Shown: positions 18,033 through 28,231, counted from the stretch's first letter. The stretch: DNA of 64,000 bases from a virus (IMGVR_UViG_2912391263_000005:1-64000), one strand, 5' to 3'. Notes: generated by a model from the letters alone, not told the origin. Numbers and translations: made by a program.

Positions 18033-18048
18033 AAAGGGGAGTAAACAA

Positions 18049-18261
18049 ATGAACGAAAATCAATTAAGAGAGTTGTTTAAAACGAATGAAGCAAACAAAA
18101 CAATGGAGGCGACATTCTACGAAACTCAAAAAAGCTTAGCGTTAATCGCAAAACAATCAAAGTATTTCTACGATCAGCTTATTCTGCAAGGATTTAATGA
18201 AGGACAGGCTATGGAATTTATGATGCGAACCTTTTCTGCCAGTAACCAACAGAAAGAGTGA
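18049..18261 (+). CDS. hypothetical phage protein
   Basis: RBS GGGGAG. 70 aa. Confidence 0.45.
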   Translation: MNENQLRELFKTNEANKTMEATFYETQKSLALIAKQSKYFYDQLILQGFNEGQAMEFMMRTFSASNQQKE

Positions 18262-18267
18262 TACATA

Positions 18268-18495
18268 ATGAGAAACTACTGGTATATATCGCTAACTAAT
18301 GAATATCCTCGAACCATTGATGATTGTTCAGTGCGTGTTGTGCGTTCTGTACAAATCAAAAAGAAGTACTCCATCATTGAAATGACCAGAGAAGCTACAC
18401 CAAATGAGATCGATAAGTACAATCTTCGTTACTGTGGCCATGGATATTGGAAAGACGAATATATTCAACAAAACATTGAGAGGTACATCAAATGA
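18268..18495 (+). CDS. hypothetical phage protein
   Basis: 75-aa ORF. Confidence 0.45.
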   Translation: MRNYWYISLTNEYPRTIDDCSVRVVRSVQIKKKYSIIEMTREATPNEIDKYNLRYCGHGYWKDEYIQQNIERYIK

Positions 18496-18776
18496 ATGAT
18501 AACTATGATTACATCAAGTTGATTGAAAAGATAAGAGCAGAAAAAGATATGGACGAACTAGCTAACTTATTCATGAACATCATTAGTTTGGTGGGGTTAA
18601 AGATGGATGAAGTAGCGGCACTAAATTATTTCATCGCTGAGCAAACAATTAGAGCAGAGCACAATGCTAAGTTCTTGAAAGATAGGTTAGATCTAGATGT
18701 AAAAGGATTAGGCGTTGAAGGGATATTCAAAGTGCAAGAAGCCTTAGTGAATGTTTATGTCGAAAAGATGCAATAG
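18492..18776 (+). CDS. hypothetical phage protein
   Basis: 94 aa, coupled start. Confidence 0.45.
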   Translation: MNDNYDYIKLIEKIRAEKDMDELANLFMNIISLVGLKMDEVAALNYFIAEQTIRAEHNAKFLKDRLDLDVKGLGVEGIFKVQEALVNVYVEKMQ

Positions 18777-18816
18777 CATTAACAAGTAATTATTGGATGT
18801 TTTCAGGAGGGAAACT

Positions 18817-19704
18817 ATGAAATTAAAAGATTATATCAGGGAAGGGTATAACATTGTAACTACACCAAATCTAGCTTACAAAATTCAAGAAGATTATCCC
18901 GATGCTTTAGTGTTTACTGATAGAGCTTTAGATGGCATTCCTATAGGGAAGTTATTAGTAGATCGTTATTGTAGCAATAATCCAGCTGTTCTTAGAGCTA
19001 AGCCACTTCAAAACGCTTATGCTATTGAACGCTTTTCTTGCGAGTTTACTGGTTATGAGATAGTAGCACGAATGACAGGAGAGACAAGAAGAAAAGTAGT
19101 GCAACAGATCAAAAAGAGGATTGATGAAACGGTGTTAGATGATGGAAGTAATGCGAACCTTCTAGAGATCAAACTAAAAGATACTGACTCAGTACCAGAG
19201 GTTTGGTACAAAGGTGAGAGGTTGGATGAATCGCCTAAAGGATTAGTAGATGTCTCGTTTCATTGGAAGACTGATCATTTTACTAATGATGATAGAGGAG
19301 CGAACGACATCACGATTCAATACTTTTCTGGCTTTAATGATAAGTATCCAGATATAAAAACAATCGGACACAAGAGAGATATGCAAATGAAAGAAGCTAG
19401 ACCTAGAGACGAGATAGACAAACTATACAAGACCAAACGATGGCGAGACCTAAGGCAAGTAGTAATAGCTAGGGACTTCGGCATGTGCCAAGAGTGCAAG
19501 CGTCGAGGGCGGAACACAAGGGGCACGATCATCCATCACATAGTCGAGGCGAGGGAAGACCTGTCACTGTTCTGGTCCGTAGATAACCTTGAATGTATCT
19601 GTGTAGCTTGTCACAACAGAGAGCATCCAGAGAGGTCAGGCGGGAAGAAGAAACCAAAACCTAAATCACATATCGTTAAAATGTATTCAACTCCTGAAAG
19701 ATAA
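18817..19704 (+). CDS. phage protein with C-terminal HNH endonuclease domain
   Basis: C-terminus CQECKRRGR...HHIVEARE...CHNREH. RBS CAGGAGGG before ATG 18817. Adjacent to the terminase genes. Confidence 0.7.
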   Translation: MKLKDYIREGYNIVTTPNLAYKIQEDYPDALVFTDRALDGIPIGKLLVDRYCSNNPAVLRAKPLQNAYAIERFSCEFTGYEIVARMTGETRRKVVQQIKKRIDETVLDDGSNANLLEIKLKDTDSVPEVWYKGERLDESPKGLVDVSFHWKTDHFTNDDRGANDITIQYFSGFNDKYPDIKTIGHKRDMQMKEARPRDEIDKLYKTKRWRDLRQVVIARDFGMCQECKRRGRNTRGTIIHHIVEAREDLSLFWSVDNLECICVACHNREHPERSGGKKKPKPKSHIVKMYSTPER

Positions 19705-19861
19705 GTTTGCAGTGAAATGAAGGCAGCCCCCCCTACTCTAAAAGATTAAAGAGTAAGGCTTGAGAAGAACGGTGCTGTCCTTCCTTCGTAAAAAGACCGC
19801 TTTTCAAGTTTTTTGGAGAAAAAGGAAAAAGCCGACCAATTTAAGCCGGCTTTGGACGAAG

Positions 19862-20026
19862 CTATTTCTTAGTCCATTTGTTTCCTTTTTGAGAAGTAGG
19901 GGGTAATCGGTCGCCTGGATCAATTTTTACTTCTTGTCCGCCTTGGACATTTCCACCACGAGGACCCACTTCTTTGTAGGTTCCTTTTGGTTTGTTGTCT
20001 TCGCCGGGTTTATAGAGTTCTCCCAT
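19862..20026 (-). CDS. YjzC-family small protein (54 aa)
   Basis: MGELYKPGEDNKPKGTYKEVGPRGG... Strong RBS AAGGAGGG. Minus-strand terminator hairpin at about 19825-19860. Confidence 0.5.
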   Translation of the reverse strand: MGELYKPGEDNKPKGTYKEVGPRGGNVQGGQEVKIDPGDRLPPTSQKGNKWTKK

Positions 20027-20127
20027 AGGAATCCCTCCTTAACAAATTTCGGCACAGCACTGCCGATAACCTAATTATAAGGATTGTGATAACGATTTCA
20101 ATCTATCTTTTGAAAGAAGGTGATATT

Positions 20128-20649
20128 ATGCCGCAACCAGCGAAGAGTGCAAAATTACAATTATTAAACGGAAACCCAAATAAGAAGAATACCGAAGAAC
20201 TCCGCAAGCGAGCGGCCGCAGAAGACAAATTAAAAATGGCTACTGACAAAATCAAACCGCCGTTATGGCTAGATTCGCTAGGAAAGGATACCTTTGAGTT
20301 TATCGCCGATGAATTGCTGTCTGTGGATTTAATCAGTAATCCGGACGTCCATACAATGGCTCTATACTCCAATTGGTATTCGCAATACGTTTCTTTAGAA
20401 AAACAGCTTCGAAAACTACAACGAGAGTACAAGTTGAACTATGCGCTTGCGAAAAAGGAGGCAGAGGCGAGAGGTGAGCCGTTTAATGAACCTAATGAAT
20501 TAATTGGTAATCCGCTCTCTCGGCAGATGGATACAGCGTCTCGGAATCTCCGTTCTTTTGGCGCTGATTTAGGACTATCACCAGCAGCCAGAGCTAAGTT
20601 AGCTATTAAGATGGCTGATGATGGTGGTGATGACGATGACGACTTCTAA
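20128..20649 (+). CDS. terS: terminase small subunit, P27 family
   Basis: MPQPAKSAKLQLLNGNPNKK... N-terminus typical of the P27 family. Acidic D-rich C-terminus overlapping terL. Confidence 0.8.
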   Translation: MPQPAKSAKLQLLNGNPNKKNTEELRKRAAAEDKLKMATDKIKPPLWLDSLGKDTFEFIADELLSVDLISNPDVHTMALYSNWYSQYVSLEKQLRKLQREYKLNYALAKKEAEARGEPFNEPNELIGNPLSRQMDTASRNLRSFGADLGLSPAARAKLAIKMADDGGDDDDDF

Positions 20650-22426
20650 TATTTTGGATATGTCTTACACAGAACGTGTGGACTATTGGCAAAGCTATCT
20701 TGAGGAGCAAGCTTCTTGGGGTGGCTTTTTAAAATGTCCATATCCGGAATTGTTAACTACTTGGTATGCGGAACGATTAATCGATGGAAGCATACCAGCC
20801 AGCAAAGAAAATATTCAAGCTGCTAAACGGCATATGCGTGATTTGCAGCGCCAAGGAACAGATGATTTTCCTTGGATCTTTGACGAAGAAAAAGGTCACC
20901 GGCCTATTAGATATATCGAAAAAAAATGTAAACCAACTGAAGGCGACTTTGGTTCGTTTGTTTTGCAACCTTGGCAGCATTTCATAATTGGATCCATGTA
21001 CGGATGGGTACATCGTGATACAGGAGAGCGTCGCTTCCGCGAGGCTCTTATTTTTGTTGGACGTAAAAACGGGAAGACAAGTCTTATCTCGGGCCTTTCC
21101 ACATACATGGTCGCTTATGATGATGAACAAGGCGCCAACGTTTACGTATTGGCAAATGCTCGTGATCAAGCAAGCTTGTTGTTTGATAAGGCCGCAGAAA
21201 TGGTCAAACAATCGCCGGCGCTCTTTAAGAAATTTGGTAAGCCTAAACGATCAAGTATTAATTATGCTCCCGCCTTTTCTAAAATGGAACCACGCGCCTC
21301 AGATAGCCGGAAATTGGATGGGCTAAACACTCACTTTGGTATTTTTGACGAGATCCACGAGTTTACGAATTACAATCTGATCAACGTTATCAAGAAATCA
21401 AGAGGAACCAGAAAACAGCCTCTGATAGTTTATATCACAACTGCTGGATATGTATTAGATGGTCCGTTGATGTCTTATTTTGAGCAAGGTGTGGACTGTT
21501 TGGAACATTTGGAAGATGACATCGATGAACGGACTTTCTATTATCTGGCAAAACTTGACAGTGCGGAAGAGGCTGATGACCCAAGATTATGGATCAAAGC
21601 CAATCCGAATATTTGTCTAATGAATTTTGTTGGCATGCTAGATGACTATGTTAAGGATAAAAAAGATCCAAAAGAATATGCTGACTGGATTACCAAGCAA
21701 TTTAACTTGTTTTCCGATATCGATGAGCTGTCATTTGTCGATATGCCTACCATTAAACGAAACAATAAAACCATCGATATTGAAACGCTCAAAGGTAAGA
21801 AGTGTGTCGGTGGTTTTGACTTGTCCGAAACGGAAGACTTTACCGCAGCCGTTTTAGAATTTCCGCTTGAAACAGGCGAGGTATTCATTTTGCAACACAC
21901 ATGGATCCCACAAGCTAGATTTGATCGAGATAACAATCAAGAGCGTATCAAAGCGTGGGAGAAGGTGGGAGATCTAACGATTATTCCTGGTGATTACGTC
22001 AATTATGAATACGTCTTAAATTGGTTTGTAGAAAATTCGAAAATCTATGACATTGTAAAAATCAATTATGACAAGGCCAAGGCGCTACGATTAAATAAAG
22101 AACTAGAAAATGCAGGATTTGAAACCAACGAGATTCGGCAAGGGTTTCTATCATTAGGTGGGCCAATGCAAAACTTCAAGGAAATGCTATTGGACGGTAA
22201 GGTGATTTTCAACAATTCCAAGCTTTACCGATGGTATCTATCCAACGTCAAGCTGGTGATGGATCGCAACTCAAACTGGATGCCGTCTAAGCAGTCCAAG
22301 AGTAGAAAAATAGATGGTTTTGCAGCAAGTTTGAACAGCCACGCCGAAGTGTTGAATATGTTGGTTAATCCTGTCGGAACCGGGAAAGTAACCTATTACT
22401 CGATTTCCGATTTAATGAATATGTAA
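20618..22426 (+). CDS. terL: terminase large subunit
   Basis: About 600 aa. ATPase and nuclease architecture. The start lies among in-frame ATG/GTG codons at 20618-20636 and overlaps terS. Confidence 0.85.
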   Translation: MMVVMTMTTSNILDMSYTERVDYWQSYLEEQASWGGFLKCPYPELLTTWYAERLIDGSIPASKENIQAAKRHMRDLQRQGTDDFPWIFDEEKGHRPIRYIEKKCKPTEGDFGSFVLQPWQHFIIGSMYGWVHRDTGERRFREALIFVGRKNGKTSLISGLSTYMVAYDDEQGANVYVLANARDQASLLFDKAAEMVKQSPALFKKFGKPKRSSINYAPAFSKMEPRASDSRKLDGLNTHFGIFDEIHEFTNYNLINVIKKSRGTRKQPLIVYITTAGYVLDGPLMSYFEQGVDCLEHLEDDIDERTFYYLAKLDSAEEADDPRLWIKANPNICLMNFVGMLDDYVKDKKDPKEYADWITKQFNLFSDIDELSFVDMPTIKRNNKTIDIETLKGKKCVGGFDLSETEDFTAAVLEFPLETGEVFILQHTWIPQARFDRDNNQERIKAWEKVGDLTIIPGDYVNYEYVLNWFVENSKIYDIVKINYDKAKALRLNKELENAGFETNEIRQGFLSLGGPMQNFKEMLLDGKVIFNNSKLYRWYLSNVKLVMDRNSNWMPSKQSKSRKIDGFAASLNSHAEVLNMLVNPVGTGKVTYYSISDLMNM

Positions 22427-22441
22427 GAAAGGTGTGGAGGA

Positions 22442-23662
22442 ATGAGTATTTTAGATCGTTTGCGTTCTTTTGGCCGAGCGAAGCCGAAAGCGAGCAAACA
22501 AGAGTATTTTTTGAATGACCCGGGATTGATACCGTATTTAGTCGGAAAAGATGAAATATCAGAAGGGATTTTTTCCGTAATTAGCCGTGTATCGAACGTT
22601 TTTGCGTCTCTCCCTCTCAAAATGATAGATGTGGAGTTTGGCCAACCGGACGACTGTCCTGCATACAACTTGTTGAGCGAAGGCCCTCGATATTTTACAA
22701 AGTTTGATTTTTTCCGGGACGTGGAAGTTTTGAGAAACTACCAAGGGAATGCGTATGTGCAGATTTTCCGAAATATCAATGGAGAAGTAGCAGATATGGC
22801 GTTAGTAAAACCTGGTGCTTGCCATCCAGTGATTGATATGGATAGCGGGGAGCTTTACTACCAAGTAACTGCGACTGACAAAGGCAGTTACAAGCAAGTT
22901 ATCTATGTACATTACATGGAAATGCTTCACTTTAAACAACCGAGGTTTGGCGGCTTGGAAGGTACAGACCCCACAAAAGTATTAACGAATACCCTCGGAT
23001 ATGATCGAGAAGTCCGAAAAATCTCTTTAAGTCAGCTTAAAGGAAGTAATGAAGGGCTAAAAGTTAAGTTTGCTAGCAATATGGATGAAGAAGCTAAAAA
23101 AGCTACAGTTAAAAACATTGCTGATTTTTATCGACAAAACGGTGGACTACTTGTGGAAGAAAACGGTGTAGAAATCGAACGTTTACAACGAGAGCTGGTA
23201 GACAGCAAGCTTTTAGATACTGATAAAGTATCTCGCTCCAGAATCGCTATGGTCTACAATGTGCCGGAGCATTTCATCGGGAATAACCAGTCGAGTTACT
23301 CCTCTCAGGAACAGCTCAATATGGAATTTTTGACGTACAATCTAGTACCGACCGTTAATCAATATGAAGCGGAACTAAATAAGAAAACACTATCGAGAAC
23401 CGAAAAAGCAAAAGGTTATCGATATAAGTTTAATGTCGCAAGTTTGCTAAGAGCTGACACTCAGGCAAGGGGACAATTCTATCAAATCATGCGACGAGGC
23501 GGAGCATACTCAGCGAATGATGTCCGAAGATTTGAGGACTTGCAACCGATAAATAAAACCGGTATGGATGATTACCATATTTCCGGAGACCTATATCCAA
23601 TCGATATGGATCCAACATTAAGAAAAACAACCTCGTCTAAAAGCGTAGCCGAAAACGGTTAG
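22442..23662 (+). CDS. portal protein
   Basis: 406 aa following terL. HK97-type portal pattern. Confidence 0.85.
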   Translation: MSILDRLRSFGRAKPKASKQEYFLNDPGLIPYLVGKDEISEGIFSVISRVSNVFASLPLKMIDVEFGQPDDCPAYNLLSEGPRYFTKFDFFRDVEVLRNYQGNAYVQIFRNINGEVADMALVKPGACHPVIDMDSGELYYQVTATDKGSYKQVIYVHYMEMLHFKQPRFGGLEGTDPTKVLTNTLGYDREVRKISLSQLKGSNEGLKVKFASNMDEEAKKATVKNIADFYRQNGGLLVEENGVEIERLQRELVDSKLLDTDKVSRSRIAMVYNVPEHFIGNNQSSYSSQEQLNMEFLTYNLVPTVNQYEAELNKKTLSRTEKAKGYRYKFNVASLLRADTQARGQFYQIMRRGGAYSANDVRRFEDLQPINKTGMDDYHISGDLYPIDMDPTLRKTTSSKSVAENG

Positions 23663-23696
23663 GTTTTTTTAGTTTGCACCGAAGGGAGGTGGAAAA

Positions 23697-24374
23697 ATGA
23701 AAAAAGTGACGTTAAGCGGCGATGTCGTGGATAACGATACCGCGTGGCTTTATGACTGGTTTGGGATCAATTGTATCTCACCAGGGAAAATTTCTGCCGC
23801 TCTTACAGAAGCAGCGGGGGATGAAGTAGAACTTGATATCTCATCGAACGGTGGGGATGTCCTAGCGGCAAGCGAAATATATACCGCTATCCGTGCCTAT
23901 CCGGGAAAGGTATCCGGAAATGTTGTGAGTATTGCAGCAAGCGCTGCAAGTGTAATCGCTTGCGCTTGCGAACCGCTTAGAATCTCACCTACGGCACACA
24001 TCATGATTCATAACGCATGGGTGACCACTAGTGGCAACGCTGAGGAATTAAAAGCCAATGCAGAAATGTTAAGCAGTGTGGATGAGTCTATTGTTAATGC
24101 TTACGAGATCAAAACAGGACTCGATCGGAAAAAACTTGCTGATTTAATGGCGAAAGATACTTGGTTAAATGCTCAAACAGCAGTAGCAGAAGGGTTTGCA
24201 GATGAAATTATGTTTGCAGAAGCACCAGTAACGGTACTCAATGCCTCTCAACCGGTTATTCCAAAAAACGCAGTAACTAAGTTGAAAAATTTAATACTCA
24301 AAGCGGAAGCACCGCAAGAAGAAACACTCTTACAGAAAAAACTAAAAGCCTTAAATGGAGGGAAAAACGAATGA
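23697..24374 (+). CDS. prohead protease, ClpP family
   Basis: ClpP-like region SNGGDVLAASEIYTAI...HNAW. Confidence 0.85.
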   Translation: MKKVTLSGDVVDNDTAWLYDWFGINCISPGKISAALTEAAGDEVELDISSNGGDVLAASEIYTAIRAYPGKVSGNVVSIAASAASVIACACEPLRISPTAHIMIHNAWVTTSGNAEELKANAEMLSSVDESIVNAYEIKTGLDRKKLADLMAKDTWLNAQTAVAEGFADEIMFAEAPVTVLNASQPVIPKNAVTKLKNLILKAEAPQEETLLQKKLKALNGGKNE

Positions 24375-25564
24375 ATTTAGAACAATTAAAAAATGCGTGG
24401 GTCGAGGCGGGAAGTAAAGTCTCTGACTTAAATGCACAACTCAATGCAGCATTGGTTGACGATGAAAAAACAGAAGAAGATGTAGTAAGTTTGCAAGCAC
24501 AAGTAAAAGCAGCACGGGCTAAACGGGACGGATTGAAAGAGCAAGTGGCAAATATGGAAGCCGAACAAGTCTTAAACGTCAAAAAAGAACCATTAGATAA
24601 AAAAGATGAAAACTTGAAAAACAAGTTTATCAAAGACTTTAAAGCGATGGTCAATGGTGATCCTGCTATTATGGCTACTTTGACATCTAATACGGATGAA
24701 TCTGGTAATGCTATCGGATTGACTATTCCTGTAGATGTGCAAACGACTATTCATACTTTGGTTCGTCGGTTTGACTCTTTGCAAGAATACGTAAACGTTG
24801 AAAAAGTGACCACTACCAGCGGTTCTCGCGTTTATGAAAAATGGTCTGATATTACACCGTTGACTGCTTTGGATACTGAAGACGGTGAAATCCCAGCAAA
24901 TGATGATCCTGCACTTTACTTGATCAAATACTTGATCAAACGCTATGCAGGTATTTCCACAGTAACTAACAGCTTGCTAAAAGATACTGCCGAAAACATT
25001 TTGGCATGGTTGTCTAAATGGATCGCGAAAAAAGTAGTTGTTACTCGCAATACAAAAATCTTGGCAGCTATTGATGGAATCAAAGCGGCACAAAAGAAAG
25101 ATGTTACAGATGTTGATGGAATTAAAGATATCGTAAACGTCCAACTTGATCCAGCTATCGAAGCTACATCTATGTTTATTACAAACCAAGATGGCTTCAA
25201 TGTTTTAGATAAAGTGAAACGTGCTGATGGATCTTACTTGTTACAAAAAGACGTAGCTTCTGCAACTGGATATACCTTCTTAGGTAAACCAATCAAGAAA
25301 ATTGCTTCTCGTTTCTTGCCAAACAAAGGTACGCAAGCTACTCCTAAATATCCACTGTACATTGGTGATCTGAAAGAAGCCGTTACATTGTATGATCGCG
25401 AAAACATGAGCTTGCTGACAACGAATATTGGTGGTGGAGCTTTTGAAACAGACACCACTAAAGTACGCGTCATCGATCGCTTCGATGTGCAACTAGTTGA
25501 TGATGAAGCGGTTGTTTTGGCTACTTTTACAACTATTGCGAACGAGACACCGGCGAAAGTTTAA
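24371..25564 (+). CDS. major capsid protein (HK97 fold)
   Basis: 397 aa after the protease, with an N-terminal coiled-coil delta-domain-like region. Confidence 0.85.
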   Translation: MNLEQLKNAWVEAGSKVSDLNAQLNAALVDDEKTEEDVVSLQAQVKAARAKRDGLKEQVANMEAEQVLNVKKEPLDKKDENLKNKFIKDFKAMVNGDPAIMATLTSNTDESGNAIGLTIPVDVQTTIHTLVRRFDSLQEYVNVEKVTTTSGSRVYEKWSDITPLTALDTEDGEIPANDDPALYLIKYLIKRYAGISTVTNSLLKDTAENILAWLSKWIAKKVVVTRNTKILAAIDGIKAAQKKDVTDVDGIKDIVNVQLDPAIEATSMFITNQDGFNVLDKVKRADGSYLLQKDVASATGYTFLGKPIKKIASRFLPNKGTQATPKYPLYIGDLKEAVTLYDRENMSLLTTNIGGGAFETDTTKVRVIDRFDVQLVDDEAVVLATFTTIANETPAKV

Positions 25565-25578
25565 GGAGCTGATTCCTT

Positions 25579-25905
25579 ATGATTCTTGATCCTAAAATGG
25601 ATTTAGGCGAAATCAAAAACGCACTAAAGATTGATACCGATGATGACGATGTGGAAGTAAGCCGTGCGGCACAAGCTGCAATTGCATACATTAGAGGGGC
25701 TATCGGGAATGATAAGCCCTCTTTTTATAAGCAAGAAAATGAAACGGTTGATCTGATTAATTTAGCTATCCTGCAATTAGCAGATCATTATTACAACGCT
25801 CGATCAGCAACCGTGAGTGGGAACTTGCGAGAGTACGATTTAGGTTTTACAAGCCTAATCTTGCAACTCAAAGCAAGTTATTTGCTTTTTGTGGAGGAGG
25901 AGTAG
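25579..25905 (+). CDS. head-tail connector (gp6-like)
   Basis: Size and order. Confidence 0.65.
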   Translation: MILDPKMDLGEIKNALKIDTDDDDVEVSRAAQAAIAYIRGAIGNDKPSFYKQENETVDLINLAILQLADHYYNARSATVSGNLREYDLGFTSLILQLKASYLLFVEEE

Positions 25906-25908
25906 CGT

Positions 25909-26244
25909 ATGCCCCTTATCCAAACAGGAAATTTAAATCAACGCATCAAGTTTGTCCGAGATACGACGGTTAAGGATGAGGACGGGCAAGTTGTCCCGAC
26001 TTCTACAACCATTCTTACTTGCTGGGCAAGTGTGCAGACACAACGCCTGAACGATATTAAGACGTCGATTGGTACGGCTTTGGAAGGAACACTGACGTTC
26101 ATTATCCGCTACCAACAAAAATCAGAGCTGACCAATGATATGAAAGTGCGTTGGAATGGAAAAACGTTTGAAATCATTACGATTACGAAAGGCGAGTTTG
26201 CGAAGGACTTCACGACAATCATTGCAAAAGAGGTTTCAAAATGA
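25909..26244 (+). CDS. head closure / head-tail adaptor
   Basis: Size and order. Confidence 0.65.
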   Translation: MPLIQTGNLNQRIKFVRDTTVKDEDGQVVPTSTTILTCWASVQTQRLNDIKTSIGTALEGTLTFIIRYQQKSELTNDMKVRWNGKTFEIITITKGEFAKDFTTIIAKEVSK

Positions 26245-26636
26245 GTGTAGAAGTCGATGCAACCGAAGTGTACAAAGCGCTTAGGGAAGTAAAAGCAAAC
26301 GTTCAACGAGTGGAAAGCCCAGCACTTAGAAAAGCTGGGGAGTACGCTCAAGAAGAGTTACGACAAAACACACCTTACTGGGATGGAACGAAGTCAAACG
26401 GTAAACGTGGTTCGTATATGCAAGAACATGCTAAGAACCATGTGGTTACAAGCTCGATAAAAAACGGATTGGTAGAAGTCGGCTATGACAAAGATGTTTC
26501 TTGGCGGATGCACTTTATCGAGTTCGGAACAATCAAACAACGTCCAAAAGGTTTCGTACAAAAAACACAAAAGCAAATCGAAAAACAAGTAACACAAATC
26601 ATTGCTGACGAAGTAAAAAGGAGGCTAGGACTTTGA
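26241..26636 (+). CDS. HK97 gp10-family tail component
   Basis: Size and order. Confidence 0.6.
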   Translation: MSVEVDATEVYKALREVKANVQRVESPALRKAGEYAQEELRQNTPYWDGTKSNGKRGSYMQEHAKNHVVTSSIKNGLVEVGYDKDVSWRMHFIEFGTIKQRPKGFVQKTQKQIEKQVTQIIADEVKRRLGL

Positions 26637-27004
26637 AAACGGCAGTATCACAAGTCTATTCAATTCTGAATAGCAATGAAAAAACAAAGAACATTGATTT
26701 TTACACCAATAGTGTTCCGGAATCAGCTCAAACAGTACCTAGCCTTCCAGTTGGCAGAATTACAGAGATATCCGGCAACTATGAAGATTTTGCAAGCAAC
26801 AATCCTTTGACCATTCAATTTAACGTACAGGTAGATGTATGGGTGTCAACCATGAAAGAGGTTGATGCCTTTTATTTTGCCCTTGATGAGGTTATGAGGG
26901 GGAATGGTTGGCAATGCGCATACACGGAACAAACAGATGACGAGGACTTGGAAGGTGCAAAGCGGATTATCAAACGATATGTAGCAAATATTTCACTAAA
27001 TTAA
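26633..27004 (+). CDS. tail completion protein
   Basis: Size and order. Confidence 0.55.
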   Translation: MKTAVSQVYSILNSNEKTKNIDFYTNSVPESAQTVPSLPVGRITEISGNYEDFASNNPLTIQFNVQVDVWVSTMKEVDAFYFALDEVMRGNGWQCAYTEQTDDEDLEGAKRIIKRYVANISLN

Positions 27005-27019
27005 AAGGAGAGAAAATAG

Positions 27020-27580
27020 ATGGCAACAGTAGGATTCGAGAGCGTCATTTTTGGCGTAAAAACAGGTGCAGGCGGCACTCTAAAAGAATTAGTAGCAGAT
27101 AAGTCGAAAGGCGGAGCGATCGAAGCTAAAATTACTGGATTAGGCGCAACTTCTAACACAACATACGCTTCAAACGTACCGTTCTTCATTGCAAGTAAAG
27201 GGGTTTCGTCGCCAAAAGTTACGCTTGACGTGGCAGACTTAATGGATAACGGCATTTACAGCGAAATCATTGGTGCTAAAACCGTGGATGGTGCAAATGT
27301 AATTGGTTCAGAAACTGAAGCGCCTTACGTGTCGGTAGTCATGGTTACAGCGAACAAAGAAGGAAAACGCTTGTTCATGGGATTGACAAAAGGAAAATTC
27401 AGTCATCCAGATATCGACATGAAAACAGCTGAAGACAAAGGGGTAGAATTGCAACCCGATTCCATCGAAGGGGAATTCATTTCTGATGAACGTGGCTATG
27501 TATACTTAACAGCCGTAGAATCAGAAGGAATGACCTTACAAAAATTCAAGGACTTGGTAAATAACAAAGAGGGGGAGTAG
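27020..27580 (+). CDS. major tail protein
   Basis: 186 aa. RBS AAGGAGAGAAAA. Sits before the chaperone pair. Confidence 0.75.
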   Translation: MATVGFESVIFGVKTGAGGTLKELVADKSKGGAIEAKITGLGATSNTTYASNVPFFIASKGVSSPKVTLDVADLMDNGIYSEIIGAKTVDGANVIGSETEAPYVSVVMVTANKEGKRLFMGLTKGKFSHPDIDMKTAEDKGVELQPDSIEGEFISDERGYVYLTAVESEGMTLQKFKDLVNNKEGE

Positions 27581-27704
27581 TTAACCCTGCATCTACACCA
27601 ACGACAGATACAGGGACACCAAAAGAACCAGAACCAAAAATTGATACACAAGGTTAGCCATTTTTGGCTAGCCTTATTTTTTGTAAAAACAAGGAGGAAA
27701 ACAA

Positions 27705-28016
27705 ATGATTGAATTGCAATTGAAACTTGACGGAAAGAAAAAAACATTCAAACAACAAGATATTTCCGCACGTGCAATGCGTGAGTGTATCAAATTTTAC
27801 GAGAAAGCGGAAAAAGCAGACCTAACTGATTTAGAAGCGATTGATTCAATGATTGCAATTACAGCAGATATTTTCCAAGATCCAGCAGTTACATTTGATG
27901 CTATTTTAGACGGTTTGACTGCGAGCGAGTTAGTACCGGCATTAGAAAGTGTTTTTGAACAAATAAATGAACTGGGAAACAATGAAAAAAAGCAGACGGC
28001 GAGCAAAAAGAAATAA
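27705..28016 (+). CDS. tail assembly chaperone (gpG-like)
   Basis: 103-aa acidic protein upstream of the tape measure protein. Confidence 0.7.
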   Translation: MIELQLKLDGKKKTFKQQDISARAMRECIKFYEKAEKADLTDLEAIDSMIAITADIFQDPAVTFDAILDGLTASELVPALESVFEQINELGNNEKKQTASKKK

Positions 28017-28231
28017 GTTTTTCTGAAGCTAGGAAAGCAATGGATCAAATCTACAAAGATTTAATCGAAGCAGGTTGGACGATGAGAGATGTGGACGAAG
28101 CCGACTATCATTATTTGTTACACCTTTTTGGAGAAGTGGAGAGTGGCGAAGAATATGTAGATGGTGCTGATTTCATCAAACAATTTTTATCGGCTGAAGA
28201 CTTAGTAAAACTTGAGGAAGGAGGTAAATAA
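27705..28231 (+). CDS. tail assembly chaperone G-T fusion via programmed -1 frameshift
   Basis: Slippery A_AAA_AAG at 27986-27992 in zero frame. The -1 frame stays open from 27992 through ORF 28040..28231. Confidence 0.65.
27986..27992 (+). other. -1 programmed ribosomal frameshift heptamer A AAA AAG
   Basis: Read directly from the sequence, with frame arithmetic checked. Confidence 0.65.

Noticed and set aside
17056-18048. Retron or type III toxin-antitoxin interpretation of ncRNA plus adjacent small protein
   Set aside because: No reverse transcriptase nearby and no tandem short repeats in the RNA region.
20777-21326. ORFs 20777..21211(-), 20988..21326(+) and others overlapping terL
   Set aside because: Alternative-frame or antisense ORFs inside the terminase large-subunit gene. 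Spurious.
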